DNA of 64,000 nucleotides from Somniosus microcephalus. Its lineage: Eukaryota. The stretch is from NCBI GenBank assembly GCA_052327205.1, contig CM126214.1, forward strand, positions 54,374,001 to 54,438,000, written 5' to 3'. Both the position numbers and the translations under genes were made by a program. Of this stretch, positions 1 through 14,039 are shown one piece after another (positions within the stretch are counted from its first letter, which is position 1; every line of letters begins with the position of its first letter). The notes beneath the pieces were generated by a model. It had not been told where the DNA came from and did no database searches. It saw only the letters and a program-made list of their open reading frames with translations.

Positions 1-3000
1 AGCTCGTACCTCAGGCTAGCTCGTAAGTCAGGCTAGCTCGTAAGTCAGGCTAGCTCGTAAGTCAGGCTAGCTCGTACCTCAGGCTAGCTCGTACCTCGGG
101 CTAGCTCGTACCTCGGGCTAGCTCGTACCTCGGGCTAGCTCGTACCTCAGGCTAGCTCGTACCTCAGGCTAGCTCGTACCTCAGACTAGCTCGTATAGGC
201 TAGCTCGTACCACAGGTTAGTTCGTAGCTCAGGGTAGCTCGTACCTCGGGCTAGCTCGTACCTCGTGCTAGCTCGTACCTCGTGCTAGCTCGTACATTGG
301 GCTAGCTCGTACCTCGGGCTAGCTCGTACCTCGGGCTAGCTCGTACCTCAGCATCTCTCGTACCTCAGGCTAGCTCGCACCTCAGACAAGCTCGTACCTC
401 AGACTAGCTCGTATCTCAGGCTAGTTCGTACCTCAGGGTAGCTCGTACCTCAGGCTAGCTCGTACCTCAGGCTAGCTCGTAACTCAGGCTAGCTCGTACC
501 AAAGGATCTCTCGTACCTCAGACTAGCTCGTACCTCAGGATCTCTCGTACCTCAAGCTAGCTCGTACCTCAGACTAGCTCATACCTCAGGCTAGCTCGTA
601 TCTCAGGCTAGCTCGTATCTCAGGCTAGCTCATACCACAGGCTAGCTCGTAGCTCAGGCTAGCTCGTAGCTCAGGCTAACCCGTAGCTCAGGCTAGCTCG
701 TAACTCAGGCTATCTCGTACCTCAGGCTAGCGCGTACCTCAGGCTAGCTCATACCTCAGACTAGCTCGTATCTCAGGCTAGCTCATACCACAGGCTAGCT
801 CGTAGCTCAGGCTAGCTCGTAGCTCAGGCTAACCCGTAGCTCAGGCTAGCTCGTACCTCAGAATCTCTCGTACCTCAGGCTACCTCGTACCTCAGACTAG
901 CTCGTACCTCAGGATCTCTCGTACCTCAGCCTAGCTCGTACCTCAGCCTAGCTCATACCTCAGAGTAGCTCGTATCTCAGGCTAGCTCGTACCACAGGCT
1001 AGCTCGTAGCTCAGGCTAGCTCATAGCTCAGGCTAGCTCGTACCTCAGGCTAGCTCGTACCTCAGGCTAGCTCGTACCTCAGGCTAGCTCGTACCTCAGG
1101 CTAGCTCGTAACTCAGGCTTGCTCGTACCACAGGTTAGCTCGTAACTCAGGTTAACTCGTACCTCAGGATCTCTCGTACCTCAGGCTAGCTCGTACCTCA
1201 GCATCTCTCGTACCTCAGGCTAGCTCGTATCTCAGACTAGCTCGTATCTCAGGCTAGCTCGTACCACAGGCTAGCTCGTAGCTCAGGCTAGCTCGTAGCT
1301 CAGGCTAGCTCGTAGCTCAGGCTAGCTCGTACCTCAGGCTAGCTCGTACCTCAGACTAGCTCGTACATCAGGCTAGCTCGTACCTCAGGCTAGCTCGTAC
1401 CACAGGTTAGCTCGTAACTCAGACTAGCTCGTATCTCAGGCTAGCTCGTCCCACAGGCTAGCTCGTAACTCAGGCTAGCTCGTAACTCAGGCTAGCTCGT
1501 ACCTCAGACTAGCTCGTACCTCAGGCTAGCTCGTACCTCAGGCTAGCTCGTACCACAGGTTAGTTCGTAGCTCAGGCTAGCTCGTACCTCAGGCTAGCTC
1601 GTACCTCAGACTAGCTCGTACCTCAGGCTAACTCGTACCTCGGGCTAGTTTGTACCTCGGGCTAGCTCGTACATCGGGCTAGCTCGTACCTCGGGCTAGC
1701 TCGTACCTCAGGCTAGCTCGTACCTCAGACTAGCACGTACCTCAGGATCTCTCGTACCTCAGGCAAGCTCGTACCTCAGGCTAGCTCGTACCTGAGGCTA
1801 GCTCCTCAGTCAGGCTAGCTCGTAAGTCAGGCTAGCTCGTAAGTCAGGCTAGCTCGTACCTCAGGCTAGCTCGTACCTCAGGCTAGCTCGTACCTCAGGC
1901 TAGCTCGTACCTCAGGCTAGCTCGTACCTCAGACTAGCTCGTACATCAGGCTAGCTCGTACCTCAAGCTAGCTCGTAACTCAGACTAGCTCGTACCACAG
2001 GTTAGCTTGTGAATCAGGCTAGCTCGTACCTCAGGATCTCTTGTACCTCAGGCTAGCTCGTACCTCAGCATCTCTCGTACCTCAGGCTAGCTCGTACCTC
2101 AGATTAGCTCGTACCTCAGGCTAGCTCGTACCACCGGCTGGCTCGTAGTTCAGGCTAGCTCGTAACACAGGCTAGCTCGTAACTCAGGCTAGCTCGTACC
2201 TCAGACTAGCTCGTACCTCAGGCTAGCTCGTACCTCAGGCTAGCTCATACCACAGGTTAGTTCATAGCTCAGGCTAGCTCGTACCTCAGGCTAGCTCGTA
2301 ACTCAGGCTAGCTGGTACCTCAGGATCTCTCGTACCTCAGGCTAGCTCGTACCTCAGACTAGCTCGTACCTCAGGATCTCTCGTACCTCAGGCTAGCTCG
2401 TACCTCAGACTAGCTCATACCTCAGACTAGCTCGTATCTCAGGCTAGCTCATACCACAGGCTAGCTCGTAGCTTAGGCTAGCTCGTAGCTCAGGCTAACC
2501 CGTAGCTCAGGCTAGCTCGTAACTCAGGCTAGCTCGTACCTCAGGCTAGCTCGTACCTCAGGCTAGCGCGTACCTCAGGCTAGCTCGTAACTCAGGCTAG
2601 CTCGTACCACAGGTTAGCTCGTACCTCAGGATCTCTTGTACCTCAGGCTAGCTCGTACCTCAGCATCTCTCGTACCTCAGGCTAGCTCGTATCTCAGGCT
2701 AGCTCACACCACAGGCTAGCTCGTAGCTCAGGCTAGCTCGTAACTCAGGCTAGCTCGTAACTCAGGCTAGCTTGTACCTCAGGCTAGCTCGTACCACAGG
2801 TTGGTTCGTAGCTCAGGCTAGCTCGTACCTCAGGCTAGCTCGTAACTCAGGCTAGCTCGTACCTCAGGATCTCTCGTACCTCAGGCTAGCTCGTACCTCA
2901 GACTAGCTCGTTCCTCAGGATCTCTCGTACCTCAGGCTAGCTCCTACCTCAGACTAGCTCATACCTCAGACTAGCTCGTATCTCAGGCTAACTCGTAGCA

Positions 3001-6000
3001 CAGGCCAGCTCGTAGCTGAGGCTAGCTCGTAGCTCAGGCTAACCCGTAGCTCAGGCTAGCTCTTAACTCAGGCTAGCTCGTACCTCAGGCTAGCTCGTAC
3101 CACAGGCTAGCTCGTAGCTCAGGCTAGCTCGTAGCTGAGGCTAGCTCGTAGCTGAGGCTAGCTCGTACCTCAGGCTAGCTCGTACCTCAGGCTAGCTCGT
3201 ACCTCAGGCATCGCTCGTACCTCAGGCTAGCTTGTAACTCGCTAGCTCGTACCAGAGGTTAGCTCGTAACTCAGGCTAGCTCGTACCTCAGGATCTCTCG
3301 TACCTCAGGCTAGCTCGTACCTCAGACTAGCTCGCACCTCAGCATCTCTCGTACCTCAGGCTAGCTCGTACCTCAGACTAGCTCGTACCTCAGACTAGCT
3401 CGTATCTCAGGATCTCTCGTACCTCAAGCTAGCTCGTACCTCAGACTAGCTCGTACCTCAGGATCTCTCGTACCTCAAGCTAGCTCGTACCTCAGACTAG
3501 CTCATACCTCAGGCTAGCTCGTATCTCAGGCTAGCTCGTATCTCAGGCTAGCTCATACCACAGGCTAGCTCATACCTCAGACTAGCTCGTATCTCAGGCT
3601 AGCTCGTACCACAGGCTAGCTCGTAGCTCAGGCTAACTCGTAGCTCAGGCTAACTCGTACCTCAGGCTAGCTCGTACCTCAGGATCTCTCGTACCTCAGG
3701 CTACCTCGTACCTCAGACTAGCTCGTACCTCAGGATCTCTCGTACCTCAGCCTAGCTCGTACCTCAGCCTAGCTCATACCTCAGGCTAGCTCGTACCTCA
3801 GGCTAGCTCGTACCTCAGGCTAGCTCGTACCTCAGGCTAGCTCGTAACTCAGGCTTGCTCGTACCACAGGCTAGCTCGTACCTCAGGCTAGCTCGTAGCT
3901 CAGGCTAACCCGTAGCTCAGGCTAGCTCGTAACTCAGGCTATCTCGTACCTCAGGCTAGCGCGTACCTCAGGCTAGCTCATACCTCAGACTAGCTCGTAT
4001 CTCAGGCTAGCTCGTACCCCAGGCTAGCTCGTAGCTCAGGCTAACTCGTAGCTCAGGCTAACTCGTCCCTCAGGCTAGCTCGTACCTCAGGATCTCTCGT
4101 ACCTCAGGCTACCTCGTACCTCAGACTAGCTCGTACCTCAGGATCTCTCGTACCTCAGCCTAGCTCGTACCTCAGCCTAGCTCATACCTCAGAGTAGCTC
4201 GTATCTCAGGCTAGCTCGTACCACAGGCTAGCTCGTAGCTCAGGCTAGCTCGTACCTCAGGCTAGCTCGTACCTCAGGCTAGCTCGTACCTCAGGCTAGC
4301 TCGTAACTCAGGCTTGCTCGTACCACAGGTTAGCTCGTAACTCAGGCTAACTCGTACCTCAGGATCTCTCGTACCTCAGGCTAGCTCGTACCTCAGCATC
4401 TCTCGTACCTCAGGCTAGCTCGTATCTCAGACTAGCTCGTATCTCAGGCTAGCTCGTACCACAGGCTAGCTCGTAGCTCAGGCTAGCTCGTAGCTCAGGC
4501 TAGCTCGTACCTCAGGCTAGCTCGTACCTCAGGCTAGCTGGTACCTCAGACTAGCTCGTACATCAGGCTAGCTCGTACCTCAGGCTAGCTCGTACCACAG
4601 GTTAGCTCGTAACTCAGACTAACTCGTATCTCAGGCTAGCTCGTCCCACAGGCTAGCTCGTAACTCAGGCTAGCTCGTAACTCAGGCTAGCTCGTACCTC
4701 AGACTAGCTCGTACCTCAGGCTAGCTCGTACCTCAGTCTAGCTCGTACCACAGGTTAGTTCGTAGCTCAGGCTAGCTCGTACCTCAGGCTAGCTCATACC
4801 TCAGGCTAGCTCGTACCTCAGACTAGCTCGTACCTCAGGCTAACTCGTACCTCGGGCTAGTTTGTACCTCGGGCTAGCTCGTACATCGGGCTAGCTCGTT
4901 CATCGGGCTAGCTCGTTCATCGGGCTAGCTCGTACCTCGGGCTAGCTCGTACCTCAGGCTAGCTCGTACCTCAGACTAGCACGTACCTCAGGATCTCTCG
5001 TACCTCAGGCAAGCTCGTACCTCAGGCTAGCTCGTACCTGAGGCTAGCTCCTCAGTCAGGCTAGCTCGTAAGTCAGGCTAGCTCGTAAGTCAGGCTAGCT
5101 CGTACCTCAGGCTAGCTCGTACCTCAGGCTAGCTCGTACCTCAGGCTAGCTCGTACCTCAGACTAGCTCGTACATCAGGCTAGCTCGTACCTCAAGCTAG
5201 CTCGTAACTCAGACTAGCTCGTACCACAGGTTAGCTTGTGAATCAGGCTAGCTCGTACCTCAGGATCTCTTGTACCTCAGGCTAGCTCGTACCTCAGCAT
5301 CTCTCGTACCTCAGGCTAGCTCGTACCTCAGATTAGCTCGTACCTCAGGCTAGCTCGTACCACAGGCTGGCTCGTAGTTCAGGCTAGCTCGTAACACAGG
5401 CTAGCTCGTAACTCAGGCTAGCTCGTACCTCAGACTAGCTCGTACCTCAGGCTAGCTCGTACCTCAGGCTAGCTCGTACCACAGGTTAGTTCGTAGCTCA
5501 GGCTAGCTCGTACCTCAGGTTAGCTCGTAACTCAGGCTAGCTGGTACCTCAGGCTAGCTCGTACCTCAGATTAGCTCGTACCTCAGGCTAGCTCGTACCT
5601 CAGGCTAGCTCGTAAGTCAGGCTAGCTCGTAAGTCAGGCTAGCTCGTAAGTCAGGCTAGCTCGTACCTCAGGCTAGCTCGTACCTCAGGCTAGCTCGTAC
5701 CTCAGGCTAGCTCGTACCTCGGACTAGCTCGTACCTCGGGCTAGCTCGTACCTCAGGCTAGCTCGTACCTCAGGCTAGCTCGTACCTCAGACTAGCTCGT
5801 ATAGGCTAGCTCGTACCACAGGTTAGTTCGTAGCTCAGGCTAGCTCGTACCTCGGGCTAGCTCGTACCTCGTGCTAGCTCGTACCTCGTGCTAGCTCGTA
5901 CATTGGGCTAGCTCGTACCTCGGGCTAGCTCGTACCTCGGGCTAGCTCGTACCTCAGCATCTCTCGTACCTCAGGCTAGCTCGCACGTCAGACAAGCTCG

Positions 6001-9000
6001 TACCTCAGACTAGCTCGTATCTCAGGCTAGTTCGTACCTCAGGGTAGCTCGTACCTCAGGCTAGCTCGTACCTCAGGCTAGCTCGTAACTCAGGCTAGCT
6101 CGTACCACAGGATCTCTCGTACCTCAGACTAGCTCGTACCTCAGGATCTCTCGTACCTCAAGCTAGCTCGTACCTCAGACTAGCTCATACCTCAGGCTAG
6201 CTCGTATCTCAGGCTAGCTCGTATCTCAGGCTAGCTCATACCACAGGCTAGCTCGTAGCTCAGGCTAGCTCGTAGCTCAGGCTAGCTCGTAGCTCAGGCT
6301 AACCCGTAGCTCAGGCTAGCTCGTAACTCAGGCTATCTCGTACCTCAGGCTAGCGCGTACCTCAGGCTAGCTCATACCTCAGACTAGCTCGTATCTCAGG
6401 CTAGCCCGTACCACAGGCTAGCTCGTAGCTCAGGCTAACTCGCAGCTCAGGCTAACTCGTACCTCAGGCTAGCTCGTACCTCAGGATCTCTCGTACCTCA
6501 GGCTACCTCGTACCTCAGACTAGCTCGTACCTCAGTATCTCTCGTACCTCAACCTAGCTCGTACCTCAGCCTAGCTCATACCTCAGAGTAGCTCGTATCT
6601 CAGGCTAGCTCGTACCACAGGCTAGCTCGTAGCTCAGGCTAGCTCATAGCTCAGGCTAGCTCGTACCTCAGGCTAGCTCGTACCTCAGGCTAGCTCGTAC
6701 CTCAGGCTAGCTCGTACCTCAGGCTAGCTCGTAACTCAGGCTTGCTCGTACCACAGGTTAGCTCGTAACTCAGGTTAACTCGTACCTCAGGATCTCTCGT
6801 ACCTCAGGCTAGCTCGTACCTCAGCATCTCTCGTACCTCAGGCTAGCTCGTATCTCAGACTAGCTCGTATCTCAGGCTAGCTCGTACCACAGGCTAGCTC
6901 GTAGCTCAGGCTAGCTCGTAGCTCAGGCTAGCTCGTAGCTCAGGCTAGCTCGTACCTCAGGCTAGCTCGTACCTCAGACTAGCTCGTACATCAGGCTAGC
7001 TCGTACCTCAGGCTAGCTCGTACCACAGGTTAGCTCGTAACTCAGACTAGCTCGTATCTCAGGCTAGCTCGTCCCACAGGCTAGCTCGTAACTCAGGCTA
7101 GCTCGTAACTCAGGCTAGCTCGTACCTCAGACTAGCTCGTACCTCAGGCTAGCTCGTACCTCAGGCTAGCTCGTACCACAGGTTAGTTCGTAGCTCAGGC
7201 TAGCTCGTACCTCAGGCTAGCTCGTACCTCAGACAAGCTCGTACCTCAGGCTAACTCGTACCTCGGGCTAGTTTGTACCTCGGGCTAGCTCGTACATCGG
7301 GCTAGCTCGTTCATCGGGCTAGCTCGTACCTCGGGCTAGCTCGTACCTCAGGCTAGCTCGTACCTCAGACTAGCACGTACCTCAGGATCTCTCGTACCTC
7401 AGGCAAGCTCGTACCTCAGGCTAGCTCGTACCTGAGGCTAGCTCCTCAGTCAGGCTAGCTCGTAAGTCAGGCTAGCTCGTAAGTCAGGCTAGCTCGTACC
7501 TCAGGCTAGCTCGTACCTCAGGCTAGCTCGTACCTCAGGCTAGCTCGTACCTCAGGCTAGCTCGTACCTCAGACTAGCTCGTACATCAGGCTAGCTCGTA
7601 CCTCAAGCTAGCTCGTAACTCAGACTAGCTCGTACCACAGGTTAGCTTGTGAATCAGGCTAGCTCGTACCTCAGGATCTCTTGTACCTCAGGCTAGCTCG
7701 TACCTCAGCATCTCTCGTACCTCAGGCTAGCTCGTACCTCAGATTAGCTCGTACCTCAGGCTAGCTCGTACCACAGGCTGGCTCGTAGTTCAGGCTAGCT
7801 CGTAACACAGGCTAGCTCGTAACTCAGGCTAGCTCGTACCTCAGACTAGCTCGTACCTCAGGCTAGCTCATACCTCAGGCTAGCTCGTACCACAGGTTAG
7901 TTCATAGCTCAGGCTAGCTCGTACCTCAGGCTAGCTCGTAACTCAGGCTAGCTGGTACCTCAGGATCTCTCGTACCTCAGGCTAGCTCGTACCTCAGACT
8001 AGCTCGTACCTCAGGATCTCTCGTACCTCAGGCTAGCTCGTACCTCAGACTAGCTCATACCTCAGACTAGCTCGTATCTCAGGCTAGCTCATACCACAGG
8101 CTAGCTCGTAGCTTAGGCTAGCTCGTAGCTCAGGCTAACCCGTAGCTCAGGCTAGCTCGTAACTCAGGCTAGCTCGTACCTCAGGCTAGCTCGTACCTCA
8201 GGCTAGCGCGTACCTCAGGCTAGCTCGTAACTCAGGCTAGCTCGTACCACAGGTTAGCTCGTACCTCAGGATCTCTTGTACCTCAGGCTAGCTCGTACCT
8301 CAGCATCTCTCGTACCTCAGGCTAGCTCGTATCTCAGGCTAGCTCACACCACAGGCTAGCTCGTAGCTCAGGCTAGCTCGTAACTCAGGCTAGCTCGTAA
8401 CTCAGGCTAGCTTGTACCTCAGGCTAGCTCGTACCACAGGTTGGTTCGTAGCTCAGGCTAGCTCGTACCTCAGGCTAGCTCGTAACTCAGGCTAGCTCGT
8501 ACCTCAGGATCTCTCGTACCTCAGGCTAGCTCGTACCTCAGACTAGCTCGTTCCTCAGGATCTCTCGTACCTCAGGCTAGCTCCTACCTCAGACTAGCTC
8601 ATACCTCAGACTAGCTCGTATCTCAGGCTAACTCGTAGCACAGGCTAGCTCGTAGCTGAGGCCAGCTCGTAGCTGAGGCTAGCTCGTAGCTCAGGCTAAC
8701 CCGTAGCTAAGGCTAGCTCGTAACTCAGGCTAGCTCGTACCTCAGGCTAGCTCGTACCACAGGCTAGCTCGTAGCTCAGGCTAGCTCGTAGCTGAGGCTA
8801 GCTCGTAGCTGAGGCTAGCTCGTACCTCAGGCTAGCTCGTACCTCAGGCATCGCTCGTACCTCAGGCTAGCTTGTAACTCGCTAGCTCGTACCAGAGGTT
8901 AGCTCGTAACTCAGGCTAGCTCGTACCTCAGGATCTCTCGTACCTCAGGCTAGCTCGTACCTCAGACTAGCTCGCACCTCAGCATCTCTCGTACCTCAGA

Positions 9001-12000
9001 CTAGCTCGTACCTCAGACTAGCTCGTATCTCAGGATCTCTCGTACCTCAAGCTAGCTCGTACCTCAGACTAGCTCATACCTCAGGCTAGCTCGTAACTCA
9101 GGCTAGCTCGTACCACAGGATCTCTCGTACCTCAGACTAGCTCGTACCTCAGGATCTCTCGTACCTCAAGCTAGCTCGTACCTCAGACTAGCTCATACCT
9201 CAGGCTAGCTCGTATCTCAGGCTAGCTCGTATCTCAGGCTAGCTCATACCACAGGCTAGCTCATACCTCAGACTAGCTCGTATCTCAGGCTAGCTCGTAC
9301 CACAGGCTAGCTCGTAGCTCAGGCTAACTCGTAGCTCAGGCTAACTCGTACCTCAGGCTAGCTCGTACCTCAGGATCTCTCGTACCTCAGGCTACCTCGT
9401 ACCTCAGACTAGCTCGTACCTCAGGATCTCTCGTACCTCAGCCTAGCTCGTACCTCAGCCTAGCTCATACCTCAGGCTAGCTCGTACCTCAGGCTAGCTC
9501 GTACCTCAGGCTAGCTCGTACCTCAGGCTAGCTCGTAACTCAGGCTTGCTCGTACCACAGGCTAGCTCGTACCTCAGGCTAGCTCGTAGCTCAGGCTAAC
9601 CCGTAGCTCAGGCTAGCTCGTAACTCAGGCTATCTCGTACCTCAGGCTAGCGCGTACCTCAGGCTAGCTCATACCTCAGACTAGCTCGTATCTCAGTCTA
9701 GCTCGTACCACAGGCTAGCTCGTAGCTCAGGCTAACTCGTAGCTCAGGCTAACTCGTCCCTCAGGCTAGCTCGTACCTCAGGATCTCTCGTACCTCAGGC
9801 TACCTCGTACCTCAGACTAGCTCGTACCTCAGGATCTCTCGTACCTCAGCCTAGCTCGTACCTCAGCCTAGCTCATACCTCAGAGTAGCTCGTATCTCAG
9901 GCTAGCTCGTACCACAGGCTAGCTCGTAGCTCAGGCTAGCTCGTAGCTCAGGCTAGCTCGTACCTCAGGCTAGCTCGTACCTCAGGCTAGCTCGTACCTC
10001 AGGCTAGCTCGTAACTCAGGCTTGCTCGTACCACAGGTTAGCTCGTAACTCAGGCTAACTCGTACCTCAGGATCTCTCGTACCTCAGGCTAGCTCGTACC
10101 TCAGCATCTCTCGTACCTCAGGCTAGCTCGTATCTCAGACTAGCTCGTATCTCAGGCTAGCTCGTACCACAGGCTAGCTCGTAGCTCAGGCTAGCTCGTA
10201 GCTCAGGCTAGCTCGTACCTCAGGCTAGCTCGTACCTCAGGCTAGCTGGTACCTCAGACTAGCTCGTACATCAGGCTAGCTCGTACCTCAGGCTAGCTCG
10301 TACCACAGGTTAGCTCGTAACTCAGACTAGCTCGTATCTCAGGCTAGCTCGTCCCACAGGCTAGCTCGTAACTCAGGCTAGCTCGTAACTCAGGCTAGCT
10401 CGTACCTCAGACTAGCTCGTACCTCAGGCTAGCTCGTACCTCAGTCTAGCTCGTACCACAGGTTAGTTCGTAGCTCAGGCTAGCTCGTACCTCAGGCTAG
10501 CTCATACCTCAGGCTAGCTCGTACCTCAGACTAGCTCGTACCTCAGGCTAACTCGTACCTCGGGCTAGTTTGTACCTCGGGCTAGCTCGTACATCGGGCT
10601 AGCTCGTTCATCGGGCTAGCTCGTTCATCGGGCTAGCTCGTACCTCGGGCTAGCTCGTACCTCAGGCTAGCTCGTACCTCAGACTAGCACGTACCTCAGG
10701 ATCTCTCGTACCTCAGGCAAGCTCGTACCTCAGGCTAGCTCGTACCTGAGGCTAGCTCCTCAGTCAGGCTAGCTCGTAAGTCAGGCTAGCTCGTAAGTCA
10801 GGCTAGCTCGTACCTCAGGCTAGCTCGTACCACAGGCTAGCTCGTACCTCAGGCTAGCTCGTACCTCAGGCTAGCTCGTACCTCAGACTAGCTCGTACAT
10901 CAGGCTAGCTCGTACCTCAAGCTAGCTCGTAACTCAGACTAGCTCGTACCACAGGTTAGCTTGTGAATCAGGCTAGCTCGTACCTCAGGATCTCTTAAAC
11001 CTCAGGCTAGCTCGTACCTCAGCATCTCTCGTACCTCAGGCTAGCTCGTACCTCAGATTAGCTCGTACCTCAGGCTAGCTCGTAACACAGGCTAGCTCGT
11101 AACTCAGGCTAGCTCGTACCTCAGACTAGCTCGTACCTCAGGCTAGCTCGTACCTCAGGCTAGCTCGTACCACAGGTTAGTTCGTAGCTCAGGCTAGCTC
11201 GTACCTCAGGCTAGCTCGTAACTCAGGCTAGCTGGTACCTCAGGATCTCTCGTACCTCAGGCTAGCTCGTACCTCAGACTAGCTCGTACCTCAGGATCTC
11301 TCGTACCTCAGGCTAGCTCGTACCTCAGACTAGCTCATACCTCAGACTAGCTCGTATCTCAGGCTAGCTCATACCACAGGCTAGCTCGTAGCTTAGGCTA
11401 GCTCGTAGCTCAGGCTAACCCGTAGCTCAGGCTAGCTCGTAACTCAGGCTAGCTCGTACCTCAGGCTAGCTCGTACCTCAGGCTAGCTCGTAACTCAGGC
11501 TAGCTCGTACCACAGGTTAGCTCGTACCTCAGGATCTCTTGTACCTCAGGCTAGCTCGTACCTCAGCATCTCTCGTACCTCAGGCTAGCTCGTATCTCAG
11601 GCTAGCTCACACCACAGGCTAGCTCGTAGCTCAGGCTAGCTCGTAACTCAGGCTAGCTCGTAACTCAGGCTAGCTTGTACCTCAGGCTAGCTCGTACCAC
11701 AGGTTGGTTCGTAGCTCAGGCTAGCTCGTACCTCAGGCTAGCTCGTAACTCAGGCTAGCTCGTACCTCAGGATCTCTCGTACCTCAGGCTAGCTCGTACC
11801 TCAGACTAGCTCGTTCCTCAGGATCTCTCATACCTCAGGCTAGCTCCTACGTCAGACTAGCTCATACCTCAGACTAGCTCGTATCTCAGGCTAACTCGTA
11901 GCACAGGCTAGCTCGTAGCTGAAGCCAGCTCGTAGCTGAGGCTAGCTCGTAGCTCAGGCTAACCCGTAGCTCAGGCTAGCTCGTAACTCAGGCTAGCTCG

Positions 12001-13646
12001 TACCTCAGGCTAGCTCGTACCACAGGCTAGCTCGTAGCTCAGGCTAGCTCGTAGCTGAGGCTAGCTCGTAGCTGAGGCTAGCTCGTACCTCAGGCTAGCT
12101 CGTACCTCAGGCTAGCTCGTACCTCAGGCATCGCTCGTACCTCAGGCTAGCTTGTAACTCGCTAGCTCGTACCAGAGGTTAGCTCGTAACTCAGGCTAGC
12201 TCGTACCTCAGGATCTCTCGTACCTCAGGCTAGCTCGTACCTCAGACTAGCTCGCACCTCAGCATCTCTCGTACCTCAGGCTAGCTCGTACCTCAGACTA
12301 GCTCGTACCTCAGACTAGCCCGTATCTCAGGCTAGCTCGTACCACAGGCTAGCTCGTACCTCAGGCTGGCTCGTACCTCAGGCTAGCTCGTACCTCAGGC
12401 TAGCTCGTACCTCAGACTAGCTCGTACATCAGGCTAGCTCGTAACTCAGGCTAGCTCGTACCACAGGTTAGTTCGTAACTCAGGCTAGCTCGTACCTCAG
12501 GATCTCTCGTACCTCAGGCTAGCTCGTACCTCAGCATCTCTCGTACCTCAGGCTAGCTCGTACCTCAGACTAGCTCGTACCTCAGACTAGCTCGTATCTC
12601 AGGCTAGCTCGTACCACAGGCTAGCTCGTAGTTCAGGCTAGCTCGTAGTTCAGGCTAGCTCGTAACTCAGGCTAGCTCGTACCTCGGGCTAGCTCGTACC
12701 TCGGGCTAGCTCGTACATCGGGCTAGCTCGTACATCGTGCTAGCTCGTACCTCAGGCTATCTCGTACCTCAGACTAGCTCGTACCTCAGGATCTCCCGTA
12801 CCTCAGGCTAGCTCGTAACTCAGGCTAGCTCGTAGGTCAGGCTAGCTCGTACCTCAGACTAGCTCGTACCTCAGGCTAACTCGTACCTCGGGCTAGCTCG
12901 TACATCGTGCTAGCTCGTACCTCAGGCTATCTCGTACCTCAGACTAGCTCGTACCTCAGGATCTCCCGTACCTCAGGCTAGCTCGTAACTCAGGCTAGCT
13001 CGTAGGTCAGGCTAGCTCGTACCTCAGACTAGCTCGTACCTCAGGCTAACTCGTACCTCGGGCTAGCTCGTACCTCGGGCTAGCTCGTACCTCAGGCTAG
13101 CTCGTACCTCAGGCTAGCTCGTACCTCAGGCTAGCTCGTACCTCAGACTAGCTCGTACCTCAGACTAGCTCGTATAGGCTAGATCGTACTACAGGTTAGC
13201 TCGTACCTCGGGCTAGCCCGTACCTTGTGCTAGCTCGTACCTCGGGCTAGCTCGTACATCGGGCTAGCTCGTACCTCGGGCTAGCTCGTACCTCGGGCTA
13301 GCTCGTACCTCAGAGTAGCTCGTACCTCAGGATCTCTCGTACCTCAGGCTAGCTCGTACCTCAGGCTAGCTCGTACCTCAGGCTAGCTCGTACCTCAGAC
13401 TAGCTCGTACCTCAGGCTAGCTCGTACCTCAGGCTAGCTCGTACCTCAGGCTAGCTCGTACCTCAGACTAGCTCGTACCTCAGGCTAGCTCGTACCTCAG
13501 GCTAGCTCGTACCTCAGGCTAGCTCGTACCTCAGACTAGCTCGTACCTCAGACTAGCTCGTACCTCAGGCTAGCTCGTACCTCAGGCTAGCTCGTACCTC
13601 AGACTAGCTCGTACCTCAGGCTAGCTTGTACCTCAGGCTAGCTCGT
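1..13646. repeat. 17-bp tandem satellite (consensus AGCTCGTACCTCAGGCT), ~800 monomers, runs off the left edge, with ~5.64-kb higher-order repeat
   Basis: Monomer read directly (1-17, 18-34...). Array ends abruptly at ...GCTAGCTCGT 13646. Rare variant monomers recur at 1801/7441 and 3207/8847 (offset 5640). Confidence 0.98.
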
Positions 13647-14039
13647 GGCTCTGCACATTGTGGACTGCTGCTTTGTGACTGAAAAGGAAAAGGAGAGCAG
13701 CTGTCGCAAGACGTGGCAGGAAGGGAGGGAAGGATACCGATTGGGCTCGTGATCTACTCGGCAAATTGTTGAATTTAATCCAGATTCCTGGAAACAAGCT
13801 GAAGGTCCGAGCGTTTTGTCTTTGTGGGCCTCTGAGATGTGTACTATGAAACCTCATGGACCACGCGTTTTAAATCTAGCTTTCCATTAATTTGCATATA
13901 TCTCACGTTGCTGATACGTGGTGCTCTGCTTTTTGGATTTATCCACCAATGAGAGAAACTTTCCCTCAAAAACGCTGTCTTTTTTCCATTCCTGAATGAG
14001 CATTACAATTGGCCTTAAGTCAAAAGGATTCCTGTCAAC

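Noticed and set aside
1-13646. CRISPR array or coding repeat
   Set aside because: Contiguous monomers without unique spacers; TAG on both strands cycles through all frames; vertebrate context, no cas genes.
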